In this document: positions 36,735 to 39,860 of the stretch, in pieces | How the letters are laid out: the number at the start of each line of letters is the position of its first letter | How positions within the stretch are numbered: position 1 is the first letter of the stretch | From: Planctomycetota bacterium | GTDB lineage: Bacteria; Planctomycetota; SZUA-567; H5-PLA8 | Length of the DNA: 39,860 bases | Direction: 5' to 3' | NCBI GenBank assembly: GCA_038227875.1 | Contig: JBBRPR010000074.1 | Location: 1-39,860 of the forward strand | Program-made: the position numbers and the translations under genes | The notes under the pieces: generated by a model | The model's input: only the letters and a program-made list of their open reading frames with translations | Told to the model about the DNA's origin: nothing | Databases searched by the model: none

Positions 36735-37379
36735 ATGAATCAGCTTCTTCTTGTTCGCCACGGCCAGGCGGTCGGCGGAACTTCCGGAATGGATCGCGAC
36801 TTTTTCCTGACGGAACTGGGTCGGCGTCAGGCTCACGCCCTCGGTGCTCGCCTGAAAGCTGAGAAGGTAAGGCCACGCTGCATCTATTCCAGTGTGCTGA
36901 CGCGTGCCAGGCAAACAGCTGGGATTCTGACTGAGCATTTAGATGCTCCGATCTTTGAACGCCTTGATCTGATCGAACACGGATCGCACGCCTATGCAGA
37001 CGACTGCACGCTGCGAGAAGCAATTCTCCGCCATCCCGAACGTCTCGACGCAGACGGAAAAGTTCGCACGCATCAGGGCGAGCGCATGGGCTTAAACTGG
37101 AGTTTCTCGATTGGGGGCGAAGACATGCGAGCACTCCACGCACGCGCACGCGGCGCGTACCAGTCGTTGCTGGACGACCATCGCAAGGATGACGGGACTT
37201 TCGTGCTGGTAGCGCATGGTTCATTCCTGTCGGCGTTGCTGACAGAGGTCCTGGGATTGCCGCTGCGTCCGGTCTGGAACTTCTCGTTCGCAAACTGTGG
37301 CTGCATGGAGCTCAATCTTGTGTCCACCGACGATGGAATGCTGCCCGTTTTTTCGGCTTCCGGTCCTGGAGAGCAATGA
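36735..37379 (+). CDS. Histidine phosphatase (phosphoglycerate mutase) family protein
   Basis: LLVRHGQ, LTELGRRQA, YSSVLTRARQTA, LIE, GGE, LVAHG. Confidence 0.93.
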   Translation: MNQLLLVRHGQAVGGTSGMDRDFFLTELGRRQAHALGARLKAEKVRPRCIYSSVLTRARQTAGILTEHLDAPIFERLDLIEHGSHAYADDCTLREAILRHPERLDADGKVRTHQGERMGLNWSFSIGGEDMRALHARARGAYQSLLDDHRKDDGTFVLVAHGSFLSALLTEVLGLPLRPVWNFSFANCGCMELNLVSTDDGMLPVFSASGPGEQ

Positions 37380-39109
37380 CCATGGAGACTCCCACGGAAA
37401 ATGCCACGCGACTGACACTGATCGTTCGCGACGACACCGGGCGGCCCTGCCCATTTCGCGCGGACTGGTTTTCGCTCGCCGAGTCCGGTCCGCTCCAACG
37501 ACGCATCCGGCGCGTGTGGAATGACATAGGTGTCGCGGTTCTCGATGTGAAAGCCGGACGCATTTCACTGACGGTGCAGCGCGGAATATTCCATGATGCG
37601 GTCGACTTGGAGGTCGACGTGCCGCCTGAAGGCGCGACGCGCGATATCGTTCTGCGCCGGCGGCTGGACGCCAAAAAGCTCGGCTGGTACGGCGGCGAAA
37701 ATCACATGCATGTGCTGCACGGCAAGGAAGATTCCCCCCGCGCGATTGCTGACGGCGGAACCATGGCCGCTGCGGATGGTCTCGATTATCTCCAATTGGC
37801 ATGGGGCTGGGACAAGTCTTTTGACTGGCTGCCGGCGGAGGAACTCAACCGGCAATGCCGCGAAGCTTCCACTTCTGACGCTGTAATCGGCTGGAATATT
37901 GAGTCCCCCAAATGCTACATGTCAAAAGACGACGGCGGCACGAGCGGCAATCTGCACTGCTTTGGCCACGGCTTGACGGTGAACCTGAAAGACAATTCGC
38001 GCGGCAAGAATTTTTTTCACACCGGACCGAACTTTCGGATCATGCAGCACGTTCAGCGGCAAGGCGGCATCGTGGGCTGCGCGCATCCCCTGCGCTTCTG
38101 GTTCAACAAGGGAAACTTCGTTTCCAATTGGGCCTCAGAACTGCCGTTTGATTTTGTCGCCGGCGTTCCGTACGCAGCAGTGGATATTCTCAACGACTCG
38201 CCGCTGCTGTTCTTTGAAAGCGAACGATTCTGGTATTCACTGCTGAACCTCGGCTACAAAGTTGCCGGCACGGGAAACTCCGACGGAGCGCTCGGTTCAA
38301 CCCGCGGCTTGGGCCATTACCGCACCTATACGCAGATCGAGGGCGCGTTTTCGTGGGAGAAACTCGCGCAGGGAATTCAGGCGGGCCGATGTGTGGCGAC
38401 GTCCGGACCATTTGCGCTTTTCGAAGTGGACGGACAGGGTCCCGGCACAGAAGTCCTCGCCGACGGAAAAATTCGCCGCGCGACGGTAAAAGCGTTATCT
38501 GGACCGCTTCCAGGCGAGACGCTCGTCGCCGTTCAGCTCATCCGCAATGGCGAAGTGGTTCGCGCATGGGATCTGCACGACCAGAACGTGCGCGAGTGGG
38601 AAACTTCGTTCGAGATCCGGGATTGCGAATATTCCTGGTATTGCCTGCGCGTACTCTCGACTTCTCGCAATGCCTTGTCGCTGGAGTTGTGGGGCCCGCA
38701 CATCAACGAACTGGCCGTGGCTAATCCGGTATATTTTCTTCCCACCGGTTTCGAGCGACCCCGACCCGAGGCGGCGCGCGTGCGACTGCAGGTCATCGAT
38801 GCGGATTCTGGAAAAGTGTTGAACGTAGCTGTTGAGATTCACGACGGTGACGGAGTGATCGCGCAGGAAGAATTCTCGGGCACTGAGCACGTGTTGACGG
38901 TGCCGGCCACCGCTTCGCTGCGGATCTCGAGTACAGGCTACGAAACGGCGGAGCGGAACCTCTACATGGATTGTCCGGAGATTTTCGAATTCTGCCGCAA
39001 CATGTGCACACTCTACCCGAGCTTCTTCTCACCGGAAACTTTTCGGGAGTTGCGTCACCGCATCGCCAATCTGAACCTCACGGTGGGGCTCAAACGACAG
39101 CCGCACTGA
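37376..39109 (+). CDS. CehA/McbA-family PHP-like metallohydrolase
   Basis: GWYGGENHMH, AADGLD, GHG, GCAHP, WYSLLNLG, GNSD, YRTY, GRCVATSGP, ANPVY; ATGA overlap with the phosphatase gene. Confidence 0.85.
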   Translation: MTMETPTENATRLTLIVRDDTGRPCPFRADWFSLAESGPLQRRIRRVWNDIGVAVLDVKAGRISLTVQRGIFHDAVDLEVDVPPEGATRDIVLRRRLDAKKLGWYGGENHMHVLHGKEDSPRAIADGGTMAAADGLDYLQLAWGWDKSFDWLPAEELNRQCREASTSDAVIGWNIESPKCYMSKDDGGTSGNLHCFGHGLTVNLKDNSRGKNFFHTGPNFRIMQHVQRQGGIVGCAHPLRFWFNKGNFVSNWASELPFDFVAGVPYAAVDILNDSPLLFFESERFWYSLLNLGYKVAGTGNSDGALGSTRGLGHYRTYTQIEGAFSWEKLAQGIQAGRCVATSGPFALFEVDGQGPGTEVLADGKIRRATVKALSGPLPGETLVAVQLIRNGEVVRAWDLHDQNVREWETSFEIRDCEYSWYCLRVLSTSRNALSLELWGPHINELAVANPVYFLPTGFERPRPEAARVRLQVIDADSGKVLNVAVEIHDGDGVIAQEEFSGTEHVLTVPATASLRISSTGYETAERNLYMDCPEIFEFCRNMCTLYPSFFSPETFRELRHRIANLNLTVGLKRQPH

Positions 39110-39134
39110 GTCTCATGATTTGTGCTTCGACCAG

Positions 39135-39556
39135 TTAAGGGGAAGTCCTGAACGCAGGCAACACCGCCACCCGGAAACCGATGTAGTCGCCCGAAATAAC
39201 CGGATTGAGACTGCCGCGGCAAGCCGACCGACAGAGCAAGTGATTGTTGCGCCACGAACCGCCGCGCAACAGACGCGAGGCACCTTCATCCGCACCTTGC
39301 GGGTTTTCCGCGGAGTTTTGGAATAGTAGTCTTCGCCGTACCAGTCCTGACACCATTGAAACACATTGCCGTGTATGTCGTAAAGCCCAAAGGCATTCGC
39401 TTCCTTTTGGCCAACAGGAAGCGTTGTAACGTTACTGTTCCCGCTATAACAGGCAACGCGACCCAGATCGACCTCAGCATCGCCGGAATAATACGCGGTC
39501 GTGGCCCCGGCCCTGCAACTGAACTCCCATTCGGCTTCGGTCGGCAGGCGAACCGA
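39135..39556 (-). pseudogene. Frameshifted, 5'-truncated formylglycine-generating-enzyme (FGE/SUMF1) domain gene
   Basis: One frame gives VRLPTEAEWEFSCRAG...NAFGLYDIHGNVFQWCQDWY; a second frame after about 39320 gives NPQG...LLRGGSW...CRSA.R...IGFRV; no FGE N-terminal half upstream. Confidence 0.85.
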
Positions 39557-39788
39557 CTGCGATCCATCTGGCGACGGGAAAACCGGGGAATGAGTGGCAG
39601 CGGCAACGCCTTGACGCAATGTGGGAATGCGGGAACTGGTACGACGCCAGCAGCTCATGCGCCGATTGCAAGCGGACGGCCTGAACTCAAGGGAACGCGA
39701 TGACCTCCAGCCCCTGATGATGACCTGCCCCCGTTTTATGTACCAGCCGTTATGAGAGTTTTTCCTAAAACAGGGCTCCCCTCGAGCC

Positions 39789-39860
39789 CCGCTGCTCCGT
39801 CGCTATCGGCGTCGGTCGCACTCACCAGCTCGGCCGGCGACGATAGCGGCGGAGCGGCGG
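39789..39860 (+). repeat. Long imperfect hairpin (REP-like or structured element), may continue past the window end
   Basis: 29 pairs including 4 G-U, one G-A mismatch, 12-nt loop (39819-39830). Confidence 0.65.

Noticed and set aside
104..39115. TGAG(A/T)CTCA at about 104 and 39107 as island attachment sites
   Set aside because: Only 9 bp, flanks do not match, and no integrase or tRNA is present in the window.
1..39860. CRISPR array, tRNA, rRNA or intact transposase
   Set aside because: No regularly spaced repeats, cloverleaf or rRNA signatures, or transposase motifs were seen.

Overview
Bacterial accessory region of about 30 genes. A diderm, probably Planctomycetota/PVC, origin is inferred from the gene families only. 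Four blocks are present. (1) 0.1-6.7 kb: an apparent porin-cytochrome electron conduit, consisting of an outer-membrane beta-barrel, a 13-heme c-type lipoprotein and a large ResB/CcsB maturation protein. It is flanked by a divergent, apparently truncated secreted-protein gene and a convergent Rrf2 regulator. (2) 6.9-28.7 kb: a cobalamin-dependent methyl-transfer island. It encodes a PocR-AraC regulator, a MetV-MetF fusion, an AcsE/MetH-type pterin methyltransferase, a corrinoid protein, an ASKHA/RACo activator, a degenerate MetH-reactivation-like protein, DUF1638, a B12 radical SAM enzyme and six divergent UroD/MtaA-family paralogs. An amidohydrolase, a DAO-type oxidoreductase and a TPP decarboxylase also sit in this block. 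(3) 29-31 kb: a PhyH dioxygenase and an AraC regulator. (4) 31.4-39.1 kb: an AraR-like GntR/LacI regulator, two secreted carbohydrate-active-like proteins sharing a C-terminal module, a histidine phosphatase and a CehA/McbA metallohydrolase. The window ends with a frameshifted FGE/SUMF1 remnant that has a DGR-variable-region-like end, and a long G-U-containing hairpin. A palindrome RGAYA-N4-TRTCY recurs in promoter regions of the Rrf2 gene and the methyl-transfer genes. All calls come from motif reading by eye; no database searches were run.
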